A DNA stretch of 64,000 nucleotides, from positions 5,022,001 through 5,086,000 of the forward strand of contig OZ316775.1 in assembly GCA_973851085.1 (NCBI GenBank), written 5' to 3'. The notes under the pieces were generated by a model. That model saw nothing but the letters and a program-made list of their open reading frames with translations. It searched no databases and had not been told where the DNA came from. Numbering within the stretch: position 1 is the first letter of the stretch; the number at the start of each line of letters is the position of its first letter. This DNA is from Ptychomitrium polyphyllum. Taxonomy: Eukaryota. Positions 1 to 14,826 of this stretch are shown piece by piece. The translations under genes and the position numbers were made by a program.

Positions 1-1386
1 CGTGAGAGACGGGGAGTTGGCTGCCATCGGCTTCAGCTCAATCGGTAAGCGAGTTGGTTGCTCATAAGGCTTTAATCTCGTCAATTTCATTTCACTACTA
101 GTTGGCTGCAATGGAGGGTTAGGATTCAGGGTTTTGATTGACAGCGACAAAAACCATTTTGTGTAGGTTTATTGTCGCAGGCGGTGTCGGTTTTTGGGTT
201 CGCATTTTACATTCAGCCGGTGATCATGCCCTTGTTGGAGGAGATGCCGCCGGGGAAACTTGGTGTCAAGCTCACTTCCTACTCGACTCGCATTGTGGTG
301 CTAGGTGCGACCTCGATGCTCCATTCTTGCCTCTCGATTGCATCCCTTTCTTGAACTTTAAATCCCACTAGAGAGTGCGCGCTGTTTTGCCGACTGAGCT
401 TCAAACACACCTTTCACCCATGCGAAACTGACTAACAACATTGTCTGTGTTATGTGCAGTGAATTCCTTTGTCATTTATGGTCTTACGGGATTTTTTGGC
501 GCTGCGATGTACGGAGCGAGCACTGAGTCAAATATTCTTGTGAACCAGTGGCTCGGGGGTGGTGTAGCTCAAGGCATACTGAATCTCTCCATGACGCGTA
601 TGGTTCTTCTCCATCCCCATCTTCACTTCCTTTCAGTTGTTGCCAACTAAATCTTCCTGTAGCCATGTTTCATTCCCCACTTTGCATATCCTCTGATGTA
701 TTCTTTGCATGTCGTTCTGGGCAGTTTATTTGGCCTTGTCTGTGCCTATGCTGGAGTTTCCAACGAGGCACACGATTAACGGTTGGATTCCCGAGAAATG
801 GGCAATGAACAAGCGGCTCCGACATCTTGTTGTGATGACCGCCATCCTCATGTTCTGTTTGGCTATTGCCGTGCTATGGCCTGCTTCATCAGGAAACATG
901 CTGGTCGTCACTGGTGCTACTGGCGTATGCATGGTGTCGTACATCATTCCAGTGGTCAATCATCTGCTTCTTTATTATTCAAGGTACAAATCTTTTCTCC
1001 ATATGAGTTGATGTTTTTGATTATCTATCAGGGTGATGCACTTCGCTAAGGTTGCTCGTTAACTATTACCATATACATGACTGTAACCCTCTTAACAGTT
1101 CTTTGGGATGCAGTGAGGGCTTTGATGAGATGCTAGTTTTTGAGGTGGGCTCTAACTTGACACTGTGCGTTGGTTCAGGAGCAAAATACAAAGGACTCGA
1201 AAAATGGAAAATGAGAGAGATCCAGAGAGCAAGCAAATTCAGTTGATTGTGTATAGAAACGAAAGGAAGCCAGGAACTAAGTGGTACGTGGTTGAAGTTC
1301 TGCGAGAGATTCTCTTGCCACTGCTTGTCTTAGCGGTAGGTGTATTTTGTAGTGTTGCTTCCCTGACCACGCTGAAGAAATCCTAG
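1..1386 (+). CDS. Amino-acid transporter (Aa_trans, AVT6/SLC38-like), 3' part only. Exons <1-44, 167-304, 460-597, 725-983, 1179-1386
   Basis: GT-AG splicing keeps one frame: GLLSQAVSVFGFAFYIQP...YGLTGFFGAAMYG...VVTGATGVCMVSYIIP...LLVLAVGVFCSV. Many hydrophobic helices with Aa_trans-like motifs. The gene starts before the window. Confidence 0.8.
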
Positions 1387-3448
1387 TGTTGCATTCCTGC
1401 CAAGGGAGTTGGGATTTACTCTTTATTTGTAAACTGTACAAATGTGGCCTGTTGCCACACCTGTAACGTGTTACGTCCTGATAAAATATAGAAACACCTT
1501 TGTACTTTTTCCTTGTTTCATTTGTCAGTGCAACTCATAGCATCTGGTCTCCTCGAATTTACTGTTAGCAAATCAGTAACACCAGTAAGTAAACAAAACT
1601 TGGACAGTCTCGTGTGGACCCTGGGTTTCGAGCATCTACAAATTTCTCCTCCTTGAGGTGATTTATTTCCTCAACTCCTCAGCTCTCAACGCACGCTCAA
1701 CGATCCAACCATGAATCTTCCAATCTTCCTGCAACTGAGGGAACATACTCACGTATTCAAATCTACAACGTTTTATTTCTCCCCACTCTGAAAGTTTATT
1801 CTGTGATTGAATGAGGCAGATATTGCATACCATAAGGTAGAACAGCCAATTCTCCCCCAGAGACTCATGGCCACTAGCATGTAAAAGACTAGAAACTAGT
1901 ATGTGCATTTCTATTAACCACCAACTTTTAGTTATTGGTGTTTAGGTTTGGTGAGTGGTGGTAATGGGATCATGGAATGGTGGTTATGGAAAGGAGGGTA
2001 TATGTACACTACTATGAAAACAAAGTTGTAATGACTGGAGGCTTGGTGCATGGTGGTTATCGAAATTGTACATGCATTAAGTGATGGTTATTTGTTGTCA
2101 TTTGGGTGCTTAATGTGTTGATGTAATAGTAGTTTTTTAGCCTTTGTAAATTTTGTAATTAATTCGATTCTTATTTTAAAAATATGTTTTTGATTGTCTT
2201 CGATTTTAAACTTTACTGTCTATCTACCAAAACTTATTTGAAATTTGTATAATATTTGCAAAAAATAGTGTTTTTTTACTTTTTATTGAGGTGGTAATAT
2301 ATGAGGAGAAGGTTCATTTTTATGATTAGGGGCTTTTGAGAATATGTTGCCTTTCTTTTGGATTTCTTGATTGATTGCCTTTTAAGACTTATTATGATTC
2401 AATTACATAATAACACTCAAGTAATAGTATGCCTTTCAGACAGAGGGCAGAATTTTGAAAAGAATTTAAATATAGTTTATCTTATTATTTGTAGGTTTTT
2501 GAAGTATTTTGTAATATACAGTGTGATATAAAATTTTGAACATTAAAAAGTTCTAAAAAGTTTTGGGCTACTCAGGTTAAGGACTTTTTTTAATATTATA
2601 AAGTTTATGAACTTCAGAAAGTTTATTTTATAATTAAAAAGTTCACACGTTTTTGGTAGAACATACTTCCCACTTATTGCTTGAAAAATCCTAGTACCAA
2701 AAATATAGTAAAAACGTTTTGAACAAAAATAGTAGCTAAGTAATTAATTTGATCTTTTTATCATCCAGTAATATGATCTGGATGTCTAGGCAGAGTTGGG
2801 TTGTATTCTCTTAAAAAACTTATATTTGAGGCAAAAACATGTTAACGTGGATACATGATTAACATTTGTGAAGGCAAATATTATAGAAACTTAACTGTAT
2901 TTAACAAGCACCTCTATCCAAAAGACGTTAAGCCATCCTCGCAAAGGCTGTCACTTTGAAATGATCAACGGTTCACTAAACTAGAAAGCAGGATACATAA
3001 CTCTTAGATAAGACATTCTTAACATCATCTGTCCGGTATAAATGCAATTGAACTAATGGAACTGTGCTCTGGTAGTGAATTGCTGAACTTCATCTCATAA
3101 ACTTTCAGATACAAATCTCAAGATCGTCGTCTACAGAAGAAACAACAAGAACACTTCTTTATCGAATTTGGTTGCCCAAACATTACAACACCGGGTAAAA
3201 GAAGCGTCAACCCGACGAGGTATTCTTTTCCCTCTACTTTTCATAATAACTACAGCAACTACTGTTAGATGATACAACGAATGTTCACTACTTCACAACC
3301 AAAAAAGTGTCAAGGGCTAGATCTCACCTAACCCTGTGCAATGGATTGTCAACTAATGGGAGCCGCCTATTTTCACAGTAGCCCAACAAAATTACAAAGT
3401 GACCTCATTAATCCTCACACCTGAGAAGAGGAGATATTCACAAATCTC

Positions 3449-6400
3449 TTAGTTATCAATGCCTTCTATCCTGTCTTCGACGTCCTGGTACAGCTGCTTC
3501 AACTTCTCCAAATTCTCCTCAGAAGTCTCCCAGTAACCACGTCCATTAGCTTCTAGGAAGGTGGAGACCAGCTTGCGGAAGGAGTTCGGGTTGGTTTCCA
3601 ACAACCGCTTCTGCATCTCCTCGTCGTTAATGAAGGTGTTGTTGGCTTCCTCATACACCCAGTTGTCAACCTGAAATATAGAAAAAAAGAACTCAATTAA
3701 AAAATTGTGCAACCCAGAATTCTACTAAGGGCAAACTGAATTCTTAAGCATCGCTTAGAACGCTTGACTGAGCAATGACTGTCTCACCGTTCCAGAAGTC
3801 GCACTCCAGCCCATGGTGTTGGTGAGCCTCTTCTCAATCTCGCGGACACCCTCGTATCCACTGGTCAACATGCCCTCGTACCACTTAGGGTTCAGCATCT
3901 TGGTACGAGCGTCCAGTCTCACTGTCTCAGCCAACGACCGGACCTGGGCATTGGCAGTGGTAGTATCAGCAATATAGGCGTTTGGTCGCTTCTTGTCTGA
4001 CCTCAAGCTCTGCACAAGCTTGGTGGGGTCGGAGTCGAAATAATGGCTGACGTCGGTCAATGAGATTTCAGAAGAGTCAAGGTTCTGGAAGGTAGCTTCT
4101 GCAGTTGCCAAAGCGGATTCGAAGATCTGCCTCTTCTCACTCATTCCAGCACCCGGAGCATCGCTGTCAAAAGCAAACGACTTTCGTGATAGATACATGT
4201 CCTGCAGTTGTTTCTCATCGTTCCAAGAAGAATTCTCTACAGCCAAGTTGACGTTGGAAGAGTATGATCCGGACGCGTTGGAATAGATACGAGTTGCAGC
4301 TTCTCGAAGAGAAACGCCCATAGTCTCCGCTTGCTCAAGGGCATGTTTGCGGACAAAGTTCATCTCCACAGGCTCATCGAGCTCCGCTACAGTCTTCACT
4401 GCTCTGTCCAGCAAGTTCATCTGGAAAAAATACACAATCACATAAGATTAGTTCTAGAAAACGAAATAAAATCCCATGCCAACAATTTATGTGACGTTGT
4501 TGAAGGGGAAATATGAAAGGAATACAAACCTGGTTGATGAACAAATCCCTAAATACACCTGAGCAGTTAACCACCACATCGACACGAGGACGTCCGAGCT
4601 CCTCAAGAGGAACTGGCTCAATCTTGTTAACACGACCAAGGGCATCAGGCACAGGTTTAACACCAACCATCCACAACACTTGAGCAAGTGACTCTCCATA
4701 AGTCTTGATGTTGTCCGTTCCCCAGAGCACTAGAGCAATCGTTTCGGGATACTTTCCTCCATTCTCAACCTTCTGACGCTCCAAGAGACGGTCAACAACA
4801 ATCTTGGCACTCGCAAGAGCGGCAGTAGTAGGAATAGCCTGTGGGTCCAGAGCATGAATGTTCTTTCCAGTAGGCAACACCTTGGGATTCCTAATGGGGT
4901 CTCCTCCTGGACCAGGCTCCACAAATTTTCCTTCTAAAGCTTGCTTTAAGCCGCCCAATTCATTATCTGCGACCACCTGCTTCAGGCAGAATGCCAAGAA
5001 CTCGAAGAGAGTGTTCAATTTCGCCTTATCGACACTCTTATACTTCGTATTGCGCAGAGCATCCATCCATGGCTCCTTCTTCGCGAAACCAAAGAGGTTC
5101 GCCAATGCTGGCTGGACGTTCACAACCTGTCCTTGCTTGTTGGTTGTCTTCGCTACAAATGCACCCACAACTTCTCGGCAGGTCTGTGTGATGTCATTCA
5201 ACAAGGTCACATCAGCAAGCACTCCCCGGTCACTGCTTCTGTAGACATCCTCGATCTCACGGCCCACAGACTGAGCCAACAGTCCAGGCAGGCCACAAAT
5301 CTCCTCCTCAGGTCTGTCAATAGCAGCAATGTTCACCAGAGTTGCCACGGCTTCTTCAGCACTAGGAGGCTCTCCGATGATATGAAGTCCGCAGGGCAAG
5401 AGCCTTGACTCGATCTCCATCAACTTTCCATACACCTTACCCACTACGGTGTCCCTTTCGTCAGCAGAAAGCTCCACCTCCTCAGCTGGGAGATCCACAT
5501 CTTTGTCAAGGTTGCACTGTTTGGCAGTACTGATGATACTCGACACGATCTGGGCACCACGGCCGGAGTCCTTCAATGACTGATAGGAAGAAATAAGCTC
5601 ACTCAGCTGCTTCAGGCCCTTGTATAGACCTGCATTCTCAGCAGGGGGTGTGAGATAGCTGATGGTATTGGCGTAACTACGTCTCTTTGCGATGGTCGCC
5701 TCCGAGGGGTTGTTCGCAGCATAGTAGTAGATGTTAGGAATGTTCCCAATCAGAGAGTCGGGGTAGCAGATGTCACTCATGCCCACCTGTGAAACGTACG
5801 AGCCAGTACACGATAAGAAACACATCACTCACAATACATGTTACCTACGGCAGGTGTACACATAAGAATAATAAATAATAAGAGCTAAGTAGACCGGGAA
5901 ATACAACAGGAAATCCAACGCCAAACACTTCCGAGAAGTAGCGGAGAAATAAATGAAATCTGACCTGCTTTCCAGGCATGAACTCCAATGAACCGTGGGT
6001 TCCAAAGTGGAGAACGGCGTCAGCTTTGAAGATCTTCTCGAGGAAAGTGTAGTACGCAGCAAACCCATGATGAGGACTAGCAGACTTCGAGAAAAGAAGC
6101 CTCATCGGATCACCTTCATATCCGAAAGTGGGCTGCACACCGATAAAAATGTTCCCAAACTGCTTTCCGTACACAATAAGGTTCTGGCCATCAGAGTTCA
6201 AAGTTCCTGGAGCCTTACCCCAGCTCTCTTCCAAAGCCTTCGCATAAGGAGTCAACTGGTAGTACTCTCGAGTAGGCATCTTGTATGCAATGTTTAGGTC
6301 AGGGCTGCTGAACCTAGCTTCCTTGTCGTGTATCACTTCTTCAATGAGAGCCTCTGATGACTCCGGAAGTCCCTCAACATTGTAACCATCTGCCTTTAGA

Positions 6401-8463
6401 TCCTTCAGTACGCTGTAAATAGAAGAGAAAACATTCAAGTAGGCAGCAGTACCAACATTGCCCTTGTCAGGTGGGAAGCTGAAAACAGTGATCGCCAACT
6501 TCTTCTCAGCCTTCGACAAGCGCTTGAGATTCGCCCATTTGATAGCACGTGTGCAAAGCTGATCCACACGATCATGAAGAGCATGAGATTTTCCTGCACC
6601 AACAAAATACTCGTTAGTGCAAAAAGCTCAACACTGTTCTCCCAACTAAATAAAAAAACACTGCAAATGGATCCGGGTACTCGAAATATATCTAAAGACG
6701 AAATCCCATGACCTGAGGTAAACGAAACAATCATCAAGCCTCAACTATAACAATTCTCATACCTGTGCGACTATCACGCCCAGAGAAGACAATTGGCTCC
6801 AAACCTCCGTCCAACTCAGGAAGAGCAACCTGAAGAGCAACCTGGATTGGGTGTAATCCTAAACTGCTGCTTAACCATTCTTCAGTGGTTTGGAAAACCA
6901 GAGGAAGGGCAACCAGGTATGGGACATCCAGCTTCGACAATGCTTCGATTGCCTTAGGATGATCCTGGCTAGCAGGTCCTCCTACTAAAGCAAAACCAGT
7001 CAAGGAAACTACTGACTGAACCAAAGATTTCTTGGTGATAGGGTCGTAGAAGAATCGTTCCACTGGACCAGAGAAGTCAAGTCCACCTGATAAATATCAA
7101 CGTGTATTTTTATGTAAGAAACGACTTAATAACAGCTCATAATCCGAGAAACCATGCAGCAGATTGCCATGTAGTAATCCTAGTCGACGTTGCCAGGAAA
7201 CCACATGATTGCCAGGGTGGATATAGTCAAAGGAATTACCTGCAAAGATGGGCACAACTTTGGCACCCCTCGCCTCCATCTCCATAATAACAGCGGCGTA
7301 GTGACCTTCGTCACCAGTCACAATGTGGCTTCGCTGCAAGACGATTCCAACTACCGGGGCGTTGGAATCCTTGAGAGCTTCGTTAGCATCATGCCTGGTT
7401 CCGTACCAGTTCAAATACTCCTTGATATCATCGTACATCTGAGGAGCCATGGGATGCCAGATTCCGGTATCCAAAAACACAACAGGATCGTTATACTTCA
7501 ACTTGGAATCCACAAGCGAGGGCACGTAGGCATTCGAAATCATAACAAGGAAATTCTCAATGTTCTCGGGTGAGCCTCCAAGCCAGAACTGCAAACTCAT
7601 CATGAAGTTCCTCGCATCTTGAGCCTTGTCAGATGGCAAGTACTTCAACACCTTGGGCAGCGTCCGAATGAGCTTCAACATACCCTCCTCAAAGTTTCCC
7701 ACATTCTCCTTCCTCTTCCTCCTCATGAACTGCGCAATAGCACTCTTGGACTGTCCCAATTGCGACATCGAAAATGTCCCTAGCTTGTTCAACCTCATCA
7801 CCTCAGGCATAGAAGGGAAAATCACAACCGCATCCAACCTGTCCCGATTAGCCTCAAGAACCATCTTAACCTTCTGCGCCAGCTCCTCCACAAAGATGAG
7901 TGACCCAATAAAGACATTGGCATCTGCAACATCCTTCTTAAAGGTCTCAAAGTTGTCCTTGTCTCGCAGCTCCTCGACAAGGTACCCCACCACCTCAACC
8001 CGAACCTCCTTCCGAGTCCTATTGATGTTCCTCACTGCAGCAGAGAGGGACGATTGGTACTGCGCCTCAAGCACCACATACACCACCTTCACAACCGGCA
8101 CACCAGGCCGCGACTCCGGCACAATGCGTCTCACCTCAGGCCTCGTCTGAGTAAACATCCCACCGCCTCCACCCATCATCGCCTTAATAGCACGCCGCTG
8201 CGTCTTCCGACCGCCCTGTAGCGACGGAACCGCCACGGAAGCTCCATGCAGCTGCAATTCACCACACGGAAAACCTCACTAAGACACCCTAGACTCCAAC
8301 ACAAGCCAAAACCCGTCAGCAAAACAACAGGCAACAGAAACCGCAATGCAAGGGGAGTACATACCTGGGAGGCGACGCCATTGCGGGGCGCGGCGACGAC
8401 GCGCTCCCCAGCCAAGGAGGCGCAGGCGCCGACAATGGACCATGCAGCTACAAGTCCGGCCAT
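3449..8463 (-). CDS. CHLH: Magnesium-chelatase subunit H (CHLH/GUN5), plastid-targeted. Exons 8463-8365, 8251-7240, 7086-6763, 6593-5965, 5786-4530, 4420-3788, 3670-3449
   Basis: Motifs [68 protein letters not shown] and the C-terminus EDRIEGID. All six introns are GT-AG and in phase. N-terminus resembles a transit peptide. Confidence 0.97.
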
Positions 8464-8758
8464 GGCGTGTTCGCCGAACAGCCAATTCCTCCCAAGTATC
8501 TGTTCGACGAATTGATCGCAACTCAGCAAAGTCAGCAGCGGTGATTGCAGGTGCTGTTACGACCCGAAGCTGGACTCTGCTCCACCCCGTGCAGGGCCTG
8601 TGCAGGAAGTAGTGCGAGCGTGATTCCAGATGCCTGAAATACTACCAAGTCCCACAACGAGGGCCGAGCCTGCCCGCGACTGCGCGTACGCGAGCACAGT
8701 CGTGGCATTCCGGAACCCAGAACCCCACCAGAGCGCCCGATCGCGATTGCCGCGAGAA

Positions 8759-8764
8759 GATAAG
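8759..8764. promoter_or_regulatory. I-box-like GATAAG in the GC-rich CHLH upstream region
   Basis: GATAAG lies about 300 bp upstream of the CHLH ATG. The I-box is a known light-responsive motif, but a hexamer can occur by chance. Confidence 0.25.
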
Positions 8765-9906
8765 GTGATCTCTTGTGGCGCCCGCGACGCCATCGCTTTT
8801 CCTCGCGATACCTCCCTGCGCCATGTTCCCGGCGTCCCCGGTGTCCGCCGTGCTCCCGCGCCTGTTCCCGGAGTTCCCCACGGAGCTCACTTCCGTGAGC
8901 CTTCCGATCCCCTGGAAATTTTATTTATATATATATATATTAGTTATTCATGTAGGCCAACTATTTTGTTGAAAGAACATTGTGGGAATAATAACGGAGG
9001 GTTCTCACTTTCAGTTATTCTCTGCACAATTTAATCCTGACAAACTGAAATTTCGATGTGAACGTTTTTAGTTGAAATTAGCCAATCAAAGGGTGTGAAT
9101 TGCTTTGCTCATGACGTTGCAAAGTTTAAAAAAGGCAGTCATTAGTTTTGAAATTGAATGGTTGTAGTTTCAACATTTAGTGCTTCAAATAGAAATCATG
9201 ACAGGTTCTATAAATTTTTGTTTACAAAGAATATTTGTAATGAACTTTACAAGCTTCTTCATTTTAATTTTTTTTTAAGTTTTAATAATACAATGATAAT
9301 TTTGACAACTTTTGATGACTTAGTTGTTTATTGTGATTTTCTATGAGCTTTGGAAGCATTACATTAAAATAAAGTAGGCATATTGCATATATTATAGAGG
9401 ATATTTTGGAAATCTCAGGTTACAAAATCTTGCTTCAACTTAAAGCAAAAGGTCATTTTACAAAGCATTTAAAACAAATGGAGCTCAACATATTGTTTGG
9501 AAGATGTACAAGGTACCACATCATTGAGATTTATTAATCACTGCACATATATTAAGCAAAGGTAATAGTATATCTCCACCAGTGCCTTTCAAACATGTAC
9601 AGTAAAGCATGTAGTAAAAATGCCTCAAAAGTTTGTTAAAAAATTTGGGCATGGCTTAGGGAACAAATTCTCAAGCCCTTAGTCCTACAATCTGCTAAGT
9701 CCAGTGGAGGCAGTGTGAGCCACTGATACGACTTGAAGTACATCGATTATTTTGATTATTCTAGACTTTTACTGGCCATAAAGGCTTTTGACTGGGATGT
9801 GCTGTTCTCAGTGTGAAACTATAAGATTGGAAAAGTCATTTAAAAAGATGAAATCCTTGCACAACCAATGACATTCAACATAACAAAAAAGGTGACCAGA
9901 ACCGGT

Positions 9907-10144
9907 TTAGGATTTGATGCATACAATTGCCATGGACAGTAAAGGTAGATATAAATACTTTTGGGCCCACCATATCGGTTATAACTTCTTTGCAGCCAAT
10001 CTTTACACTGCATTTCATCTCCTGCAGATCATATTTGGGCCTTTTTGCTCTGCGGTCCAGGGCTCCTACCCTGTCAAAGGACTTTCCCAAAGTGAAATCA
10101 TTATATCTACCTGTACAGTCCATGGCAAATGTTCACTATGCCTA
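9907..10144. ncRNA. Candidate MIR-type fold-back (pre-miRNA-like hairpin)
   Basis: 9927-9954 TTGCCATGGACAGTAAAGGTAGATATAA pairs with 10101-10128 TTATATCTACCTGTACAGTCCATGGCAA (26/28, two symmetric mismatches). Looser pairing continues on both sides. Confidence 0.45.
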
Positions 10145-11973
10145 AGTCTCAGAGATGTCTGCAGCCCTTACCAAAATCACTCAGAGCCAATGTTATCATT
10201 GTCCTTAAACTTTCAAAAGAAACTTAATAAGCAACCTCTTTGATTCTTTGTTACACTGCATTCTTAGGACAAATACCTTTGAGCTGAATTTCAAAGCAAT
10301 ATGAAAAGGAAGTTAAGATGTCCATGCATTTGCTTTTTACCTCACTGTGATACAGGGAATTCTATAGGATTACCCTTTCCAAATTAGAAAAGAGAGTTGA
10401 GCTGCCAAGGTAAAAGATGTAACTGACACAAGTAGCTAATGGTGCTTGGTTAAGGAATTAGTTTGTGGAGAATGTTTACTAAGATTCATTGCCTAAAAGG
10501 CTTACTCTAGGGCTTGCTCCAGAATGCCATGATAGTTAATACATCATATCAAGTGTCGATATTATGGCATTTATACTCGTAGTTATTACAACAATGTATG
10601 GTCCCACCAATATCTCTTGTTCCGTGGTGGAGGAGAACTGAAATATCTGCGGGACCCATGTGGCATCCTCACTCTCTCTCCTTTCCCATGTCCTTCCCTA
10701 CACACGGGTGAATTATCATGTACCTAGCTTTTCCTGTGTTGAGTTGCAAAAATCGCTGTCACTATACATCTGACACTCTGATTCGACAGAATTGAACATT
10801 CACACCAACATCCAGTCAAACATCTTCCTAAGGTCAAGTTTGCCACTGTTACTTGTAATCATTCTGAATTCTGATCCACCGATAGTAAGTGCCACAGCAC
10901 CAAGAATGAGTCTGAGACCTCTGAGCAGCAAAGCTTGTCATTACAAGCCAGGACCCAACAGCCCCACAAATTAACTTGATTCCTGGTTTAGAGGCTTGTA
11001 GCAAAGTGGTTGCTCATGATTGGTTCCCAGCAATACAACCGTAAGTAGTGATGTCAGACAAGAACAGTGAATCGTGGCCAGGCGCTGATGTGGGTGGACG
11101 ACCTTCAAATGTGGAGCTGCTAACTTCAAAGGACTTTCCAAGAATAGTATCTCGTCCGAACCTTTGATGATATTATCCTAGATTTTTCAACCGCTCCAAG
11201 AGTACCTGCCTTCCAGCCAAACGTAATAATTTGCTTCGTTTTGACTGGTAGCTTTGAGGTTCATATGACCCTAATTAGGTCCATTCAATGCTTCAGCCAG
11301 GGGGAGCCAGCTGTAGTAGCTGGAGCATTGTACAGACGGTGAAATGTGTGTGAAGATCGGTTTCTTCTGAAGATTCAGTTGATGTAAAAACTACCATAAT
11401 TTAAGATTCACTAGAATTAACAAGATTCACAACCAACTCTAAAACTCATTCAGCAATATGCGAGCCGGCTCACTTGGGCCACAGTACACTCTCTGCTCCA
11501 GCACAATGGCCATGTAGAAGCATAGGAGCCTTCTCAACAGATAAACATAGCTCTATTTAACATATCTACGTGTCTCGATGCAGGAATTTTCATTTAGCGG
11601 TCAAATTTTACATTTATGATGGCAATACAGTCAATTTGCAACTCCAAACTTGTAAACATACTCTAGCCAAATTCAAGAACTAACTGGTAACACAAAACTG
11701 AGAAATGTGTGCTTTCAAATCTTGTACATATTGTACCAAAATGCTAGGTAGTAACAAAAATCAACAAGGTGGTTGACCCTAAACAGGAAACCTCAAAGGT
11801 GTAAGTTTGGTTGAGATCCCACTTACAACAGAACTCTAAAACTTGTGAAAGACGCAAAACACTTAGATGACTCCAAAATTATAACTCACTATTAACATGA
11901 CCTGAAAACACTACTCTCATAAAACTATCAAAATTAAACCTGCCTAGGTAGACAGATCCACCTGATACATTAG

Positions 11974-14075
11974 CTAACGACTATACTGATCCCTATCGTT
12001 GATGCCGTAGTCAACATCTGTATCAGCTGAACACTCTTTTGCAGATAGAGGAGGTAACCCACTCATTTTCCTTTTCAGGTTGTGCTTGTGCCAATCACTT
12101 TTGAAATGTTCACGATACTGCTTGGCGTCTCCAACCTCCCTGTTGCAAGTCTTGCAAACTTGCTGCTTAATGCCGCTGTCTGCAGGGGCTGACCCTTTTG
12201 ATATCATGGGGGCGTTGGCATTAGTACCCGGTGTTCTCCTCGCCCCTGCAGCATCAGACCCGATCTCAGTACCTTGCGCAGATGCACTAGATACTGATGC
12301 TGAATCTCTCAATCGTTGGGCCAGATGGTCTTCATCCTCGATGATATGAGAAACATGAGCTGCATTGTAGTCGCCATCGTCATTGAAATCGTCAATACTA
12401 CTCTCCCCTTCGCCTTGGACGGCCATGGACACAACCTCAAGCGTTCCTTGCAACTCTCTCACCAACGTGTCACACTCGCGAAAGTGACCTGGCTCTATCT
12501 TGCAAACCTAAGAAAGCAACAGTAGATGCCGCAACACCCAAAAGGATTAGACATAATGGAAATGTGATGACCCGCTGAGCCCATCCCCAGTTTAAAACAA
12601 AAATAGACCTCGTCACAATCAAGGGTGACATCACTAACAGAAACAGCACAAGCAAAGGTTTAGTAAGACTAGAAAGGATACCAAGGAAGTGGTAGTGGCC
12701 ATCTCTTCTCTGCCTTCAATTTGCGAATTCCATGAGTTCAGTGCTGTAGAAAGCTGATCGATCTGATTGGTAGGCACCACAAATCTAAGTCTCATGCGAG
12801 CTCGAGTAATTGGATACTTATTCTGTAATTCCCTTATCAAATCAAGTGCCTGCAAAAATGACCACTCTCAGATCAGGCACTCGTTAAAGATTCATTTGGA
12901 AGATGCTGACTCTGTTGTCGAGAATAGAATGGCTCCAATGCCATGAAAACCAAAGGCAACTATTGCTCTTTATCAGCTACCAATAAGAGCGTTAAATGAT
13001 TTTGAGTACCCAAGTCATCAAGAAAACGACACAAAACCTTGTGGCATACCTGTTGCTTAGAATTTCTATGTGGATCAACAGCAAAATGAACTTCTCGCAT
13101 GAGCCGCTCAATCATTGTTATAGTATACGGTCGCTCGGACTCAGGGTTCACAGTCTTGGCCATCACAATAGTTGCAATATCTCGGAACTGATTTGAAAGC
13201 TGAGACTCCCTTTCTCTATCGGCCACCTGCAATTCTCCTTTCTCCAGAATCTGTTTCAAAAGGGTGCAGACGTTAGCATACAAACTCATAATTTCCAGAA
13301 GGGAATTTCACACCTATTAATCTATTTCATTTAGGACGTTTCAATCAACGCAAGGAATACTAGGCGAAGTCGGAGCAAAAACTTCAGATTAAGCATGACT
13401 TATTCAACAAGTTAATAACATGGACAACACACATAAATCGTACCTCCAGGCAAACTACATCGTGGTAATCAGTGTTAAAAACTTGTATAAGGTCTTTGGA
13501 CTTCGCCAGAACTCCTTTCGACACATTTTCATACACGGTATGAGTCTGTAGAACTTCGTCGATGTCCTTCTCCCTAATCACGGAACACAAAACCACAGCA
13601 GAGAACATTAGATACTGCAGAATCTTACAACCATCATCTCCCTCCCAAACTCACCACTGCATACTAAGACCACTAGTACTATCATTCAAATAATTTAAAC
13701 CGAGTTTGACAACGCCTGTATCCCCGCCAAAAGCAAAGTATTATGAAGGAGCAACAGCAGCAGCAGCAGCATTGCCTATGGCAAAGGCATTCAATAGAAG
13801 AAACTAGCATCATCGACCATAATATCGACACATACAACCAATTAAGGCAATCTATCATGTTCTTATCAAATATATTGGCAAACCCAAACAACGGAAGAAG
13901 AAATCACATTGCAAAATAGGAGCGCGATTTAAAATCATTACACTCGGGATCTCCAGGAAAGAACTTTGTTCTTGAAGCATGCGATCTCAAAACGGTGGCC
14001 ATGCTTGCGCATTCGCACGATAGCGACATTGGTTAGCCGCTTCTGCCCAACAGGTTGCTTCACAGATCGCGACAT
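11974..14075 (-). CDS. SBDS: Ribosome maturation protein SBDS/SDO1 with C-terminal C2H2 zinc finger. Exons 14075-13942, 13573-13444, 13250-13050, 12849-12682, 12507-11974
   Basis: [57 protein letters not shown] and RARMRLR are SBDS motifs. The tail carries CKTC...[14 protein letters not shown]. Introns are in phase. Confidence 0.95.
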
Positions 14076-14826
14076 GCTGAGTAAACTTCACTCTCAACCC
14101 TAAACAGAATCAAGAACAAAATAATTAGCAACAAAGAAGCTCCCAAAGATCAGAAGCCATAAAACTGAATCAAACGCTGCAAGGTAGGGTTCCTGGCATT
14201 ATCATCAAAACTCAAAACCCACAGAAACGAGCACTAAGCTCAAAATCCTATCTCTGCGGACCAAATTCCCAAACGTCGGAGCAGCTCCGACGGAATCCTC
14301 CTCCGTCCAAAAAAACTGAAATCCGTCTCGAAAAAACCACGAACCTTCGGGCTATATACGTCTAATTGTCCAACAACGACGAAAATACAGCAAAACCTCC
14401 TTGTGATGATGCTGACTACGAATACCTTAGAACCTCCCTTGAAGAGATCACGGAACAGTGCCGAGACGAGACGACGAAGGTGGAAAGGGACCGATTACGT
14501 CACAGCTCGACGCCTTGGCTTGCCAAATCCTAACCCCAAGGTGGCCTCCTTTACTCAATCAACAAAGATTCCTTGCGACTCAAGCAATACTCGACTCCGC
14601 TATCTACACAGAGAAACAACTACAACCATGCTAAGAAAGACTCAACATTCTCAATTTGGTCTCAAACGGCAGCACTCCCTACATCAAACACAGGACCACA
14701 CCCGCCAGCCAATCGCTCACACCATTCACGCGGACCAGGAACTTAAACTGATCTCGGAGTCAAACAAGAGCCCCCTCCATCGCCGTACCTCGAAATCCAA
14801 CTCCCGCTACTCCAGCGATGATCGCT

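Noticed and set aside
1663..1908. 81-aa minus-strand ORF at the edge of an AT-rich tract
   Set aside because: No recognisable domain or splice structure. Probably transposon debris or chance.
11974..12170. Zinc finger fused to SBDS as a novel fusion
   Set aside because: A C-terminal C2H2 finger is a known feature of plant and some protist SBDS proteins.
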